Program-made: the position numbers and the translations under genes
In this document: positions 19,614 to 29,219 of the stretch, piece by piece
Layout: each line of letters begins with the position of its first letter
How positions within the stretch are numbered: the stretch's first letter is position 1
The notes under the pieces: model-generated
Database searches by the model: none
The model's input: the letters and a program-made list of their open reading frames with translations, nothing else
Told to the model about the DNA's origin: nothing
Source of the DNA: an uncultured Gammaproteobacteria bacterium
Lineage (GTDB): Bacteria; Patescibacteriota; Microgenomatia; Woykebacterales; RBG-16-39-9b
Assembly (NCBI GenBank): GCA_964367355.1
Contig: CAYIWY010000003.1
Coordinates: 36,919 to 100,918, forward strand
Reading direction: 5' to 3'
Length of the DNA stretch: 64,000 nucleotides

Positions 19614-20583
19614 CGAGAAGAAAATTGTTGTTATTGGTGGAGGAACCGGGACTTATACTGTCTTGTCTGGGCTAAAAAAAATTTCTGCCCAAATTACCGC
19701 GGTTGTGACCATGATGGACTCCGGTGGGTCTTCAGGACGTTTGCGCGACGAGTTTGGACAACTTCCAACCGGAGACGTCCGTCAGGCTTTGGTGGCGCTA
19801 AGTAACGACTCTTCCGTAATGCGACAGCTGTTCAATTATCGATACGAAAAAGGGGAAGGTCTGCAAGGACATAGTTTTGGAAACCTTTTTTTAACCGCCC
19901 TTGCTGAGGTAACCGGGGGGATGGAAAATGCCCTACAAGAGGCTGGAAGAATTTTGAATATTAAAGGCAGTGTTCTTCCGGTTACATTATCTAATTCCAA
20001 TTTAGTTGCCGAATATGAAAACGGACTGATAGTTAAGGGAGAAAATGATATCGATGTTCCGAAACATGATGGAAAACTTCATATAACGAGACTTTCTTTG
20101 GAGCCAAAAGCAGCACCTTTTGAAAAAACCCTTGCTGCAATCTCCCAAGCAGATTTAATCATTCTTGGTCCAGGGGATATTTATACCAGTTTAATCCCAA
20201 ACCTTGTAGTTCCAAAAGTTGCTGATGCAATTTGTAATTCAAAAGCCAAAAAGGTTTATATTGTTAACCTAATGACAAAGTTTGGCCAAACCTACAATTT
20301 TAAAGCCAGCAATTTTGTCGCTGAAATAGAAAAATATTTAGGAAAATGTTTAGACTATGTTTTGATCAATAATAAAGATTTACCAGAGGCTATTATTGAA
20401 CGTTACAAGGCCGAAAACGATTCTCCAGTGGAAGATGATCTTAACGACTCAAACTACAAAGTTATCAGAGAAGATTTGCTGGCAACCGAACCAATTGAAA
20501 GAAAAGCTGGTGATGTTCTTCAAAGAAGCCTGATTCGTCATGATTCTGATAAACTTTCACAAATACTTACAACTTTAGTTTAA
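19606..20583 (+). CDS. yvcK: YvcK/GlmR (CofD-related) family protein
   Basis: IGGGTG, DSGGSSGRLRDE, GHSFGNL, LGPGDIYTSLIPNL, RHDSDKL. Confidence 0.9.
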   Translation: MINEKKIVVIGGGTGTYTVLSGLKKISAQITAVVTMMDSGGSSGRLRDEFGQLPTGDVRQALVALSNDSSVMRQLFNYRYEKGEGLQGHSFGNLFLTALAEVTGGMENALQEAGRILNIKGSVLPVTLSNSNLVAEYENGLIVKGENDIDVPKHDGKLHITRLSLEPKAAPFEKTLAAISQADLIILGPGDIYTSLIPNLVVPKVADAICNSKAKKVYIVNLMTKFGQTYNFKASNFVAEIEKYLGKCLDYVLINNKDLPEAIIERYKAENDSPVEDDLNDSNYKVIREDLLATEPIERKAGDVLQRSLIRHDSDKLSQILTTLV

Positions 20584-20630
20584 ATTTATATATTGACATA
20601 ACTTTACGACATGTGTACCATATGTTTAGT

Positions 20631-20888
20631 ATGATTAGAACTTACATTTACTTTCCTAAGGAATTAAATAGCGAAATTGAGGTTTTAGCCAAAGATGTTA
20701 ATAAAAGCAAAGCTAGTGTAATTAGAGAAGCCTTGCAAGAAGGTCTAAATTCCATTAAAAAGCAAAAAAGTGGCGGTATTGAGGCTCTTCTTAAAATTGC
20801 TGATTTAGGTGAAAAAATAAAAGCAAAAGGCCCAAGTGATTTATCTTCTAATATAGATAAGTATTTGTGGGAAAATTGGAATGTATAA
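20631..20888 (+). CDS. RHH/CopG antitoxin
   Basis: IRTYIY..SKASVIREAL..GPSDLSSNIDKYLW. Confidence 0.8.
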   Translation: MIRTYIYFPKELNSEIEVLAKDVNKSKASVIREALQEGLNSIKKQKSGGIEALLKIADLGEKIKAKGPSDLSSNIDKYLWENWNV

Positions 20889-21312
20889 GAAGTTAAAAAC
20901 TATCGTGGTAGATGCAGACGCGATCGTCGCCCAAGCACACCCAGACGATTCTAACCATAGAAAAGCTCTTTCCACCACGCAATATTTAAAAAGTATTAAC
21001 GCACGTGTAGTTTATCCGACCACAGCAGTGTGTGAAGCAGTGACAGTTTTACAACATAAATTGGAAAACTCCGCTACCGCATACGGTACAGCCGTGATAT
21101 TCACCGACCCGGCTCTTCAGGTAGTGGAGATTAATCAAGAAATTATGACGCAAGCAATTAACAATCATTTTAGGCCACACACAAGTAAGAAAAACACTTT
21201 ATTTGATTGTATTGTCCTGGAAATTGCAGAGCAATACAGCGCTGATGCTATCTTCTCATTCGATCACTTTTACAAAAGTAAGGGGTTTAAATTAGCCAGT
21301 GAACTAAAATAG
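20881..21312 (+). CDS. VapC/PIN toxin
   Basis: VVDADA..E..TLFDC..FSFD. Confidence 0.85.
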   Translation: MYKKLKTIVVDADAIVAQAHPDDSNHRKALSTTQYLKSINARVVYPTTAVCEAVTVLQHKLENSATAYGTAVIFTDPALQVVEINQEIMTQAINNHFRPHTSKKNTLFDCIVLEIAEQYSADAIFSFDHFYKSKGFKLASELK

Positions 21313-21468
21313 TCAATTTTGATACCCTGCTCTTAGGTTTTCAATCCATATACCTTTACTTTTACTAGCAATAATACCTTGATGTATCGGTCTAATATCT
21401 CTGTTTGACTCATTATAGTACATGTACTATTGACATACATCACATATTTAGGGTAAAGTAAATCTACT

Positions 21469-21723
21469 ATGTTGAGAACAAATGTTTATTTAACAAAAGA
21501 ACAGGATCAGGAAATTAAAACTCGTGCTAATGCGACACAAAGAGCTAAAGCTGTAGTTCTGCGTGAGATTATTGAAACAGGAATAAAAGTTACCAATTTA
21601 CAAAAGTCTGCTTCTACCGAAGTCTATATGAAACTTGCCAACATAGCTGACCAGTTTAAGGGTAAAGGCACTGCTCCAAAAGACCTTTCTGCAAATTTAA
21701 ATAAGTATACTTGGGATGAATAA
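21469..21723 (+). CDS. RHH-like antitoxin (paralog of 20631)
   Basis: LRTNVYL..APKDLSANLNKY. Confidence 0.8.
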   Translation: MLRTNVYLTKEQDQEIKTRANATQRAKAVVLREIIETGIKVTNLQKSASTEVYMKLANIADQFKGKGTAPKDLSANLNKYTWDE

Positions 21724-22141
21724 ACCGCTAATTGTTATCGCTGACGCTGACTCAATTGTTGCCCAGGCATACGCTGATGACTCTAACCACAAGCTAGTTT
21801 TAGGTTTAGCACAAAAACTTCATGATCAAAGAGCACATATTCTTTTTCCGGCAACAGCAATCGCCGAAGCAGTGACCACCCTGCAAAGAAAATTTTCAGA
21901 CCCACATTTAGCCGCTTCTACACTTGAAGTTTTTACTGAAATTGGTGTCTCAATTGAAAATATAGACGATGAAGTAATTCGTGAAGCGAGGAAGTTATTC
22001 GACCCAAACAAAAGTAAGCAGAACACTTTCTTCGATTGCATAGTCGCTACTGAAGCTAAAAAACACCATGCAGACGCTATTTTCTCTCTCGACACTTGGT
22101 ATACAAAACTAGGTTATAAATTAGTTTCCGATTTGTTTTAG
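21716..22141 (+). CDS. VapC/PIN toxin (paralog of 20881)
   Basis: IADADS..DDSNH..EAVTTLQRK..NTFFDC..FSLD. Confidence 0.85.
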   Translation: MNKPLIVIADADSIVAQAYADDSNHKLVLGLAQKLHDQRAHILFPATAIAEAVTTLQRKFSDPHLAASTLEVFTEIGVSIENIDDEVIREARKLFDPNKSKQNTFFDCIVATEAKKHHADAIFSLDTWYTKLGYKLVSDLF

Positions 22142-22237
22142 GTTTACTTCATTGTGGGTTGACGTTTGTACACATTTGTACTAATATGTACTTATTAGAT
22201 TTAATTCAGTTTGAGAATTGAGGTGAATAAGATAACT

Positions 22238-22531
22238 ATGATCGAAATAATGAAAGCATCAGAAGCAAGACAACAATGGAGTCAAGTTCTAAACAAAGTA
22301 TTCCGTAATCAAACTCGAGTAATTGTTGAAAAAAGTGGTATTCCAGTAGCCGCTGTCATTTCTACTGAAGATCTGCAACGATTAACTGCCCTAGAAGAAC
22401 AGCGTAAAGAACGCTTTAAAGCACTCGATAAAATGCGCGAAGCCTTCAAGGATGTTCCTACTGAAGTAGTCAAACAGGAGATTAATAAAGCAGTTACCCA
22501 AGTACGAGTAGAGAAACGGTCTAACGGTTAG
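22238..22531 (+). CDS. Phd/YefM antitoxin
   Basis: ASEARQQW..RVIVEKSGIPVAAVIS. Confidence 0.85.
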   Translation: MIEIMKASEARQQWSQVLNKVFRNQTRVIVEKSGIPVAAVISTEDLQRLTALEEQRKERFKALDKMREAFKDVPTEVVKQEINKAVTQVRVEKRSNG

Positions 22532-22541
22532 TCGCTAATAT

Positions 22542-22964
22542 ATGATTTCAGCAGTTTTGGATACTAATGTCTTAGCATCAGGTACTTTGGTTGCCTTTAC
22601 TCCTCCTGGTCAAATACTCAATGCATGGCGAGCTAACGAATTTGAGTTAGTGCTATCAGAACATATTATTGGTGAGCTGACTCGAACACTTCAGAAGCCT
22701 TATTTTCAAAACCATGTTACTAGTCAGAAAATCGTTTCTTTTATCGACTTATTGCAAAACGAAGCAACTATTATTTCCATAACTGTGAATATTGAAGGAG
22801 TAGCCACTCATCCAGAAGACGATCTGGTACTTGCGACTGCTGTTAGCGCAAAGGTTGACTACTTAGTAACTGGAGACAAACCCCTTATTGAAAAAATTGG
22901 TGATTCTTATCACAAAATTAACCTTGTTACCCCAGCCAATTTTCTACAAATACTTAAACGATAG
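22542..22964 (+). CDS. PIN_3 family putative toxin
   Basis: AVLDTNVL..HPEDDLVLATA..LVTGDK. Confidence 0.9.
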   Translation: MISAVLDTNVLASGTLVAFTPPGQILNAWRANEFELVLSEHIIGELTRTLQKPYFQNHVTSQKIVSFIDLLQNEATIISITVNIEGVATHPEDDLVLATAVSAKVDYLVTGDKPLIEKIGDSYHKINLVTPANFLQILKR

Positions 22965-23020
22965 AATTAACAATACGCATACAATTGTATATAATCGCAT
23001 ATAGATAGTCTGCACAAACC

Positions 23021-23179
23021 ATGTTAAAAAAAATAGAAAGATACCAAGTTATTCGCGAAGATTTGTTAGCTGCTGAACCAATTGAAAGAAAAGCTGGGGA
23101 TGTGTTGCAAAGAAGCCTGATTCGGCATGATAGTGAAAAGTTAGCTAAAGTAATATCTAGATTCCCTTTAGTTGTTTGA
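23021..23179 (+). pseudogene. Displaced yvcK 3' end (45 codons) fused in frame to a short foreign start (MLKKIER)
   Basis: YQVIREDLLAAEPIERKAGDVLQRSLIRHDSEKL matches 20455-20556. Confidence 0.9.
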
Positions 23180-23292
23180 CAAACCGTCTCAATATGATAC
23201 GATATAGTCCATGAGTGAGACGATTCTAACTCTTCGACAGCTGACTTAAACCCTTCTGTTAAAAAGTCAACACAATTTCTAGTATTCCTAAG

Positions 23293-23916
23293 TTACAGAT
23301 TACTAAGTTTCTTAACTTCACTCCTCAATCTTTTTTTTACCTCTTCGAAAGCAATACCATTATTATTTTTAAATATTATTTTCTCCTGCATAACATCTTC
23401 AAAATAAACCAGGCTTTTCAAGATCAAGTTCCTGTCTAATTGGGGGTATTTCCTACGAGCCTTATCTAAGAGATCAGATAGTGAAAAAATCTTTAAAATA
23501 AAATACAGGTCAATGTAATCCTTGTTACTTGCTCTTGTGGTGATGGCCGATAACTTCATGCAACCGATATCTGCTATTCCAGCATAAGTTATATTTTCAT
23601 CACTAATGGTTTCATCGATTAATTTATATTTATAAGTAAAAAAGCTTATCTTTACTGAGTCATCAATTAGCACTGTTAGCGTATTGTTTTCTTCTTGTAT
23701 TTTTAATAATTTATACCCTTCAAAAAATTTTCTTAATCGTTCAAATAATCTTGCAGTATGTATGTCTCCATCGCTAAAAAAATCAAAGTCTAGACTGTCT
23801 CGATGCCCTATTTGTAAAGCTAGGGATGTCCCGCCAGCAAGGTAGAAATCATTCTTAAAATTTTTAAAAAGAGGTAGGAGGTCGAGTCTTTTTTTATCTA
23901 AAATAGTGTAAAACAT
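23293..23916 (-). CDS. AbiEii/AbiGii-family nucleotidyltransferase toxin
   Basis: FYLAGGTSLALQIGHRDSLDFDFF, MKLSAI..R..KDYIDLY. Confidence 0.9.
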   Translation of the reverse strand: MFYTILDKKRLDLLPLFKNFKNDFYLAGGTSLALQIGHRDSLDFDFFSDGDIHTARLFERLRKFFEGYKLLKIQEENNTLTVLIDDSVKISFFTYKYKLIDETISDENITYAGIADIGCMKLSAITTRASNKDYIDLYFILKIFSLSDLLDKARRKYPQLDRNLILKSLVYFEDVMQEKIIFKNNNGIAFEEVKKRLRSEVKKLSNL

Positions 23917-23918
23917 AA

Positions 23919-24188
23919 CTATCTCAAAATTCTTATATTAGCCTGTCCGGGCTCAACATCCAGCAGAAGAGACCAAAAAACTATCGATTTATTATTCCAT
24001 TCTCCGGGCAAGGGATGAATCAGACAAGCTTTGATATCTGCCTTTGAGTACACCTTAAAAAGCCAATCAGTTGCCTCTTTTGTACCAAGATTCAGCACAT
24101 TGGTGATAATCCGCTTTTTATCAGCTGCTAGGTCTAATTCTTTAATATCATACGACCATAAAAAAGGCTGAACAAATTTAGGTATCAT
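23919..24188 (-). CDS. Small partner (antitoxin-like) of AbiEii
   Basis: PFLWSYD..LD..IITNVLNLG; 2 nt upstream of the toxin. Confidence 0.75.
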   Translation of the reverse strand: MIPKFVQPFLWSYDIKELDLAADKKRIITNVLNLGTKEATDWLFKVYSKADIKACLIHPLPGEWNNKSIVFWSLLLDVEPGQANIRILR

Positions 24189-24355
24189 AACTATATTTTA
24201 ACACAGCTCGCCCGTTTTATCAGTGGCCTGAAGTTCGTGATATTGGAGCTGGATCGTTGATAACAAGTTCAGTACCAAGCACAAAGATTTGCAAACGAGA
24301 CTTATTTTAGATAACTAATTTTCGGATATAAAATGGGCTGGGGGACACACAGGCA

Positions 24356-24415
24356 AGAAGCCTAATTCGGTATGATAGCGGTAAACTTTCTGGAATAATC
24401 ACAAATTTACTTTAA
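24356..24415 (+). repeat. Second displaced yvcK 3' end (RSLIRYDSGKLSGIITNLL*)
   Basis: Same length and register as resident RSLIRHDSDKLSQILTTLV*. Confidence 0.75.
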
Positions 24416-24445
24416 CTTTAGTTTGTTTGTGGTAAAATAGCACGC

Positions 24446-24559
24446 ATGAAAGGTGCAATACTAGCGGGTGGTAAGGGAATACGACTTTATCCTTTAACTC
24501 ACGCAACCAATAAACATCTACTTGCGGTTTTTGATAAGAAAGTTTTAAAAAAATTATAG
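24446..24559 (+). pseudogene. N-terminal remnant of glucose-1-phosphate thymidylyltransferase (rmlA/spsI-like)
   Basis: [31 protein letters not shown], then stop after 37 aa. Confidence 0.8.
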
Positions 24560-24565
24560 GAATGA

Positions 24566-25369
24566 ATGAAAAACATTAGAAATCACTATCGATACCCCAT
24601 TATTCTATTAAAGCAACTAGTCAAGACCGACTTTAAGTTACGCTACCAAGGTTCGGTGTTGGGTTATTCCTGGTCATTGTTAAGACCAATGATACTCTTC
24701 CTGATCTTGTACATAGTATTCGTTAAATTTTTGCGAATAGGTGGGGATACCCCACACTTCGCGGTTTATTTACTGCTAGGAATCGTTGTCTGGGGATATT
24801 TTGCAGAAGTAACAATAGGAAGTGTTAGTTCTATTGTGGCTCGTGGTGATTTGCTGCGAAAGATAAACTTCCCTAAGTATGTCATTGTACTCGCTGGTTC
24901 GTTTTCGGCCTTCATAAACCTCCTGCTCAACTTTGTAGTTATAGCTGTTTTTATGTACATTGACGGAGTTGATCTCCGTTTTACCGTAATTTTATTCCCA
25001 ATTCTGTTGTTGGAACTATATATATTTTCTTTAGCTTTAGCTTTTGTTTTGAGCGCTGTATTTGTTCGTTTCCGGGACATGAATTATATATGGGAGGTAG
25101 TAATGCAGGCGGCCTTCTACGCCACTCCAATCTTATATCCTTTGAGTTTGGTGCCGCTTAGTGCCTCCAAAATCTTAATGCTAAATCCAATGGCACAGAT
25201 TATTCAAGATCTTAGGTACATTCTAATTACCCCACAAGCTGTAACAGTTGATCAGATTTACAACACGCAATATATACGTTTGATTCCTATTACGATCGTC
25301 CTTCTTAGCGTCATTTTTGCAGCACTGTACTTTAGAAAACGATCAAAGTTTTTTGCGGAGGATGTGTAA
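24566..25369 (+). CDS. wzm: ABC-2 glycan exporter permease
   Basis: DFKLRYQGSVLGYSWSLL, FYATPILYP, LNP; multiple TM helices. Confidence 0.92.
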   Translation: MKNIRNHYRYPIILLKQLVKTDFKLRYQGSVLGYSWSLLRPMILFLILYIVFVKFLRIGGDTPHFAVYLLLGIVVWGYFAEVTIGSVSSIVARGDLLRKINFPKYVIVLAGSFSAFINLLLNFVVIAVFMYIDGVDLRFTVILFPILLLELYIFSLALAFVLSAVFVRFRDMNYIWEVVMQAAFYATPILYPLSLVPLSASKILMLNPMAQIIQDLRYILITPQAVTVDQIYNTQYIRLIPITIVLLSVIFAALYFRKRSKFFAEDV

Positions 25370-25372
25370 ATT

Positions 25373-26566
25373 ATGAAAAATAAGCAAGAAACGACTATAA
25401 GAGTGGAAGGAGTTTACAAGGATTTTCGATTGCCCTACGAAAAAATATCAACAATTAAATCACTTTTTTTGGATGTTCTAAAAGGAAAATTATTTAAGCG
25501 TAGCTACGAAATGCAACAGGCGCTTAAAGACATTAGTTTTGAAATAAATAAAGGCGAATTCTTTGGTATAGTTGGCCGTAATGGTAGCGGCAAAAGTACC
25601 CTGCTGAAGATTCTGGCCGGGATATACCAACCAACCAAGGGCAAGGTCAGCGTACGTGGTAAGCTGGTGCCGTTTATAGAGCTAGGAGTTGGATTTAACC
25701 CAGAACTTACCGGGCGGGACAACGTATATCTAAACGGCGCGTTGCTAGGCTTTGACCACAAAGAAATAGATGACATGTACGACAGTATTGTAGAGTTTGC
25801 CGAGCTAGAGCAGTTTATGGACCAAAAACTAAAGAACTACTCGTCCGGTATGCAGGTGCGATTAGCCTTTTCAATGGCTATCCGTGCTAAAGCAGATATT
25901 TTGCTAGTCGACGAAGTACTTGCGGTTGGTGATGCTGATTTTCAAAGAAAATGCTTCGAGTATTTTCAGCGGATTAAAGCTGAAGGAACAACTGTTGTCT
26001 TTGTAACACACGACATGGCAGCGGTTAGGCAATATTGTGACAGAGTAGCGCTGATAGATATGAATAAATTGATTTATTTAGATGATGCCGAGACAGTTGC
26101 CAAAAAATATACACAGCTTTTTACTGAAGACAAAGCTGATCAAGAACAGCCTTCAAAACAGACAAAACGCTGGGGAGATAAAAAGGCAGTTTATGAGAGA
26201 GCTACGATCATTCTTGTTGATAATCAAAAAAATATTTTGTTAAGCGCTATGGTACAAGCTAAAGAAGATATATCAGACCCAAACTATGGGTTTATGGTTT
26301 CAAACCAAGCGAAACAACCTATACTGGGCACCAACTCAAAAATCGAGCAGGTCAAAATAAAACCTCTTAAAGCAGGGCAACAGATTAATTTGGAGTGGAA
26401 ATTTCCAAATATTTTTAATGAAGGTAGGTTCTATGTCGAACTTGCATTGATGCATAACACGACGCAAGTAGCTGATTGGTGGGAAAAAGCCACAACATTT
26501 ACTGTAAAAAATGAAAAAAGAACGCCTTATATTGTAAATCCGCCAACTGAATTTTCGAGCAAGTAG
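25373..26566 (+). CDS. wzt: Glycan ABC exporter ATPase with C-terminal carbohydrate-binding domain
   Basis: GRNGSGKST, YSSGMQVRLAF, DEVLAVGD. Confidence 0.92.
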   Translation: MKNKQETTIRVEGVYKDFRLPYEKISTIKSLFLDVLKGKLFKRSYEMQQALKDISFEINKGEFFGIVGRNGSGKSTLLKILAGIYQPTKGKVSVRGKLVPFIELGVGFNPELTGRDNVYLNGALLGFDHKEIDDMYDSIVEFAELEQFMDQKLKNYSSGMQVRLAFSMAIRAKADILLVDEVLAVGDADFQRKCFEYFQRIKAEGTTVVFVTHDMAAVRQYCDRVALIDMNKLIYLDDAETVAKKYTQLFTEDKADQEQPSKQTKRWGDKKAVYERATIILVDNQKNILLSAMVQAKEDISDPNYGFMVSNQAKQPILGTNSKIEQVKIKPLKAGQQINLEWKFPNIFNEGRFYVELALMHNTTQVADWWEKATTFTVKNEKRTPYIVNPPTEFSSK

Positions 26567-26625
26567 TTTATATGAGCTTGGATCTATCTTTACCTTACGA
26601 CCATTATTTTGATAGGATATAGATT

Positions 26626-27876
26626 ATGACCGAATACAAAAAAAGTGTGGTTTCAGGCGCCACTTTGGAGCCACTATTTAGTATAGGAGAACTGTATGTA
26701 TCGGACTTTTTGAAGAAGAATGAGAAGCCTAAAGGGTTACCATGCGAGCTAGAGCTAGGGTTTGACCCAGTCAGTAAGGCAGTACAGTTAACTAAACAGC
26801 CAGACGCTTCGCTGATGTGGGGTAGCATGTACTACTATCGTAGTGCTGTCAACCCAGCTATGCGCGGTGCTTTGCGTGATTTAGCTGAAAGAACCTGTAA
26901 ATCAATTCCTGAAACCCAAAAGAAAACTGTATATTTGGACATTGCTTCGAACGACGGATATTTATTATCTACGGTCGACAAAAAAAAGTATCTATGTGTC
27001 GGGATAGATCCCTCAGATTATCCTGAAGCCAAAGATAATACCGACGTCAATATTCAGGAATATTTTTCAGCTAAGGCCTTTATCGATGCTGGTTTTACCA
27101 AAGCCTCAAGGATTAGTTGTGCCGCTTGCTTCTATGATGTTGATGAGCCAGAAAAATTTCTGAAGGATGTCTATGATATTCTTGAAAATGATGGATTGTT
27201 CACATTGCAAATTTCATACACTCCAGCGAATATTCTACAAACTGAGTTGGGGGTTATTTGCCACGAGCATTTGTCCTATTACAACCTGACGTCGGTCAAA
27301 TGGATGACTGACAGAGTTGGTTTTGTTATTAGAGACGTGGAGTTAAATAACGTCAATGGAGGCTCAATACGACTATACTTGCAAAAGAAAGATGCTCAGA
27401 ACAACTATCTGACTCCAGCTGACCGAGACGTCTGTAAAATCCGGGTCGAGTCTTTGTTGCTTTGGGAAGAACAGTCAGGTTTTAACGACCCAAAAATATA
27501 CAAGGATTTTTACAAACAGATATTAGAACTCAAGGAAGAAACAGTAACATTCATTAAAAAAGTAAAAGCGAGTGGTAAATCTGTTTGGGGTTATGGAGCA
27601 AGCACTAAAGGCAACACCTTGCTCCAGATGTTTGGGTTGGACAATAGTTTGATTGATGGTATCGCCGAAAAACAGGAATTTAAATGGGGGAGACACACTG
27701 TTGGTACCAACATACCGATTTATTCAGAAGCAGAGATGCGCAAGGTGCAACCAGACTACCTATTAATACTTCCTTGGTTTTTTCGAGATACTTTTATTGA
27801 GCGTGAGAAAGAATATCTTAAAAAAGGAGGCACAATGATTTTCCCAGCCCCCCACTTCTCTACCTATCCACTATAG
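26626..27876 (+). CDS. NDP-sugar C-methyltransferase-like protein
   Basis: LDIASNDG, HEHLSYY, YGASTKGNTLL, PDYLLILPW. Confidence 0.8.
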   Translation: MTEYKKSVVSGATLEPLFSIGELYVSDFLKKNEKPKGLPCELELGFDPVSKAVQLTKQPDASLMWGSMYYYRSAVNPAMRGALRDLAERTCKSIPETQKKTVYLDIASNDGYLLSTVDKKKYLCVGIDPSDYPEAKDNTDVNIQEYFSAKAFIDAGFTKASRISCAACFYDVDEPEKFLKDVYDILENDGLFTLQISYTPANILQTELGVICHEHLSYYNLTSVKWMTDRVGFVIRDVELNNVNGGSIRLYLQKKDAQNNYLTPADRDVCKIRVESLLLWEEQSGFNDPKIYKDFYKQILELKEETVTFIKKVKASGKSVWGYGASTKGNTLLQMFGLDNSLIDGIAEKQEFKWGRHTVGTNIPIYSEAEMRKVQPDYLLILPWFFRDTFIEREKEYLKKGGTMIFPAPHFSTYPL

Positions 27877-28022
27877 GTTTTGAATTAGGTCTTAACTTTA
27901 CATTATGCATAAATACGACTCACTTTTCAAATTTCTTCTCTATGCGAGCCAGACTAATTTTATTAAGTTTAAGTTAGCTTGGTTCGAAAATGTACCTGGT
28001 TTCTTAGATCAATTGATACAAT

Positions 28023-29219
28023 GTGAGCTACGTGTATAATATGGAAGAACTCGACCCCTATAATATAGAAGAACTCGACCAATCATTTAAGATTTCCTAT
28101 GCCCAAAACCGCGAAGATATTATCCTAGACTATTTTTTCAAAGATGTGTCGCGAGGGTTTTATGTTGATGTAGGAGCAGGCCACCCAGAAGAAGATTCAG
28201 TTACGAAGCTTTTCTATGACAAGGGATGGAGAGGTATAAATATAGAGCCGATAAAAAGAGTGTACAACTTAATTCAAAAAAGCCGCCCCAGAGACACAAA
28301 TCTCAACATTGGTCTATCGGATAAGAAAGGAAAGTTACTCTTCCGAGAATATGAGAATTATGGTCAATCTACCTTCACTGTAGATATGAAAGAAGAATAT
28401 CAAAGTTCTTTAGGCATTATGAATAAATATGAGGATTATGAAGTGCAGGTTGACACTTTAGCTAACGTATTGAATCAGCAAGAAGTCAAACACATAAACT
28501 TTTTAAAGATAGACGTTGAAGGTTTAGAGAATGAGGTATTAGAAGGCAACGATTGGCGTAGATATCGTCCCGATGTTCTATGCGTAGAAGCAAATCATAT
28601 ATTTAAGGATTGGCGCCCACTCCTTAGCACTAATGGCTATACAAAAGTCTTCAATGATGGGCTAAACGATTACTATTTAGCCAAGGAGTTTAGTAGAGTA
28701 AAAAGTTTCTCATACGTGGCGGCTCTACTTAGTGACGTACGACCGCTAGATTATAGAGTTGCCAATGTATTTAATAAAGAGATTGCTATACTTAATTCCA
28801 AAATTGTTACTTATATATCAAAAGATGCTGAAAAATATTTAATGATTGACCAACTAGAGCACGAAGTTAATAAGCTAAACAGCCACCTATCAAATTACCA
28901 GAGCATACGACCATTAATAAAAGCTTTGTTTGCAAGAGTCAGTTTAAAAATTGAAGAACATATCTACCCTTCTAAATATAGAAAGCAGCTCACTCTTCCT
29001 CGAGACGCAAAATTGGCTCTACATAACGAAGTTCATGAACAACTTAAGGAGATCAATGAATACGACAAGATTTATTTAACAAAAATTAAAGTAGCATCTC
29101 ATCCAGTTCGGGCATACGAACTGGGCCTATATAGAAAAACGAAGCACTTGGCAATTCGCATTATTAGGACTAGACAGCGTGTAATGATGAAAATTAAGAA
29201 AATAATCCCGGGAAGATAA
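28023..29219 (+). CDS. FkbM family methyltransferase with C-terminal coiled coil
   Basis: SYAQNRED, VDVGAG, LKIDVEG; likely start 28041. Confidence 0.85.
   Translation: MSYVYNMEELDPYNIEELDQSFKISYAQNREDIILDYFFKDVSRGFYVDVGAGHPEEDSVTKLFYDKGWRGINIEPIKRVYNLIQKSRPRDTNLNIGLSDKKGKLLFREYENYGQSTFTVDMKEEYQSSLGIMNKYEDYEVQVDTLANVLNQQEVKHINFLKIDVEGLENEVLEGNDWRRYRPDVLCVEANHIFKDWRPLLSTNGYTKVFNDGLNDYYLAKEFSRVKSFSYVAALLSDVRPLDYRVANVFNKEIAILNSKIVTYISKDAEKYLMIDQLEHEVNKLNSHLSNYQSIRPLIKALFARVSLKIEEHIYPSKYRKQLTLPRDAKLALHNEVHEQLKEINEYDKIYLTKIKVASHPVRAYELGLYRKTKHLAIRIIRTRQRVMMKIKKIIPGR

Noticed and set aside
28035-28080. 24-bp tandem duplication at the FkbM gene start (YNMEELDP/YNIEELDQ)
   Set aside because: Real, but a local in-frame duplication with no cargo between the copies.
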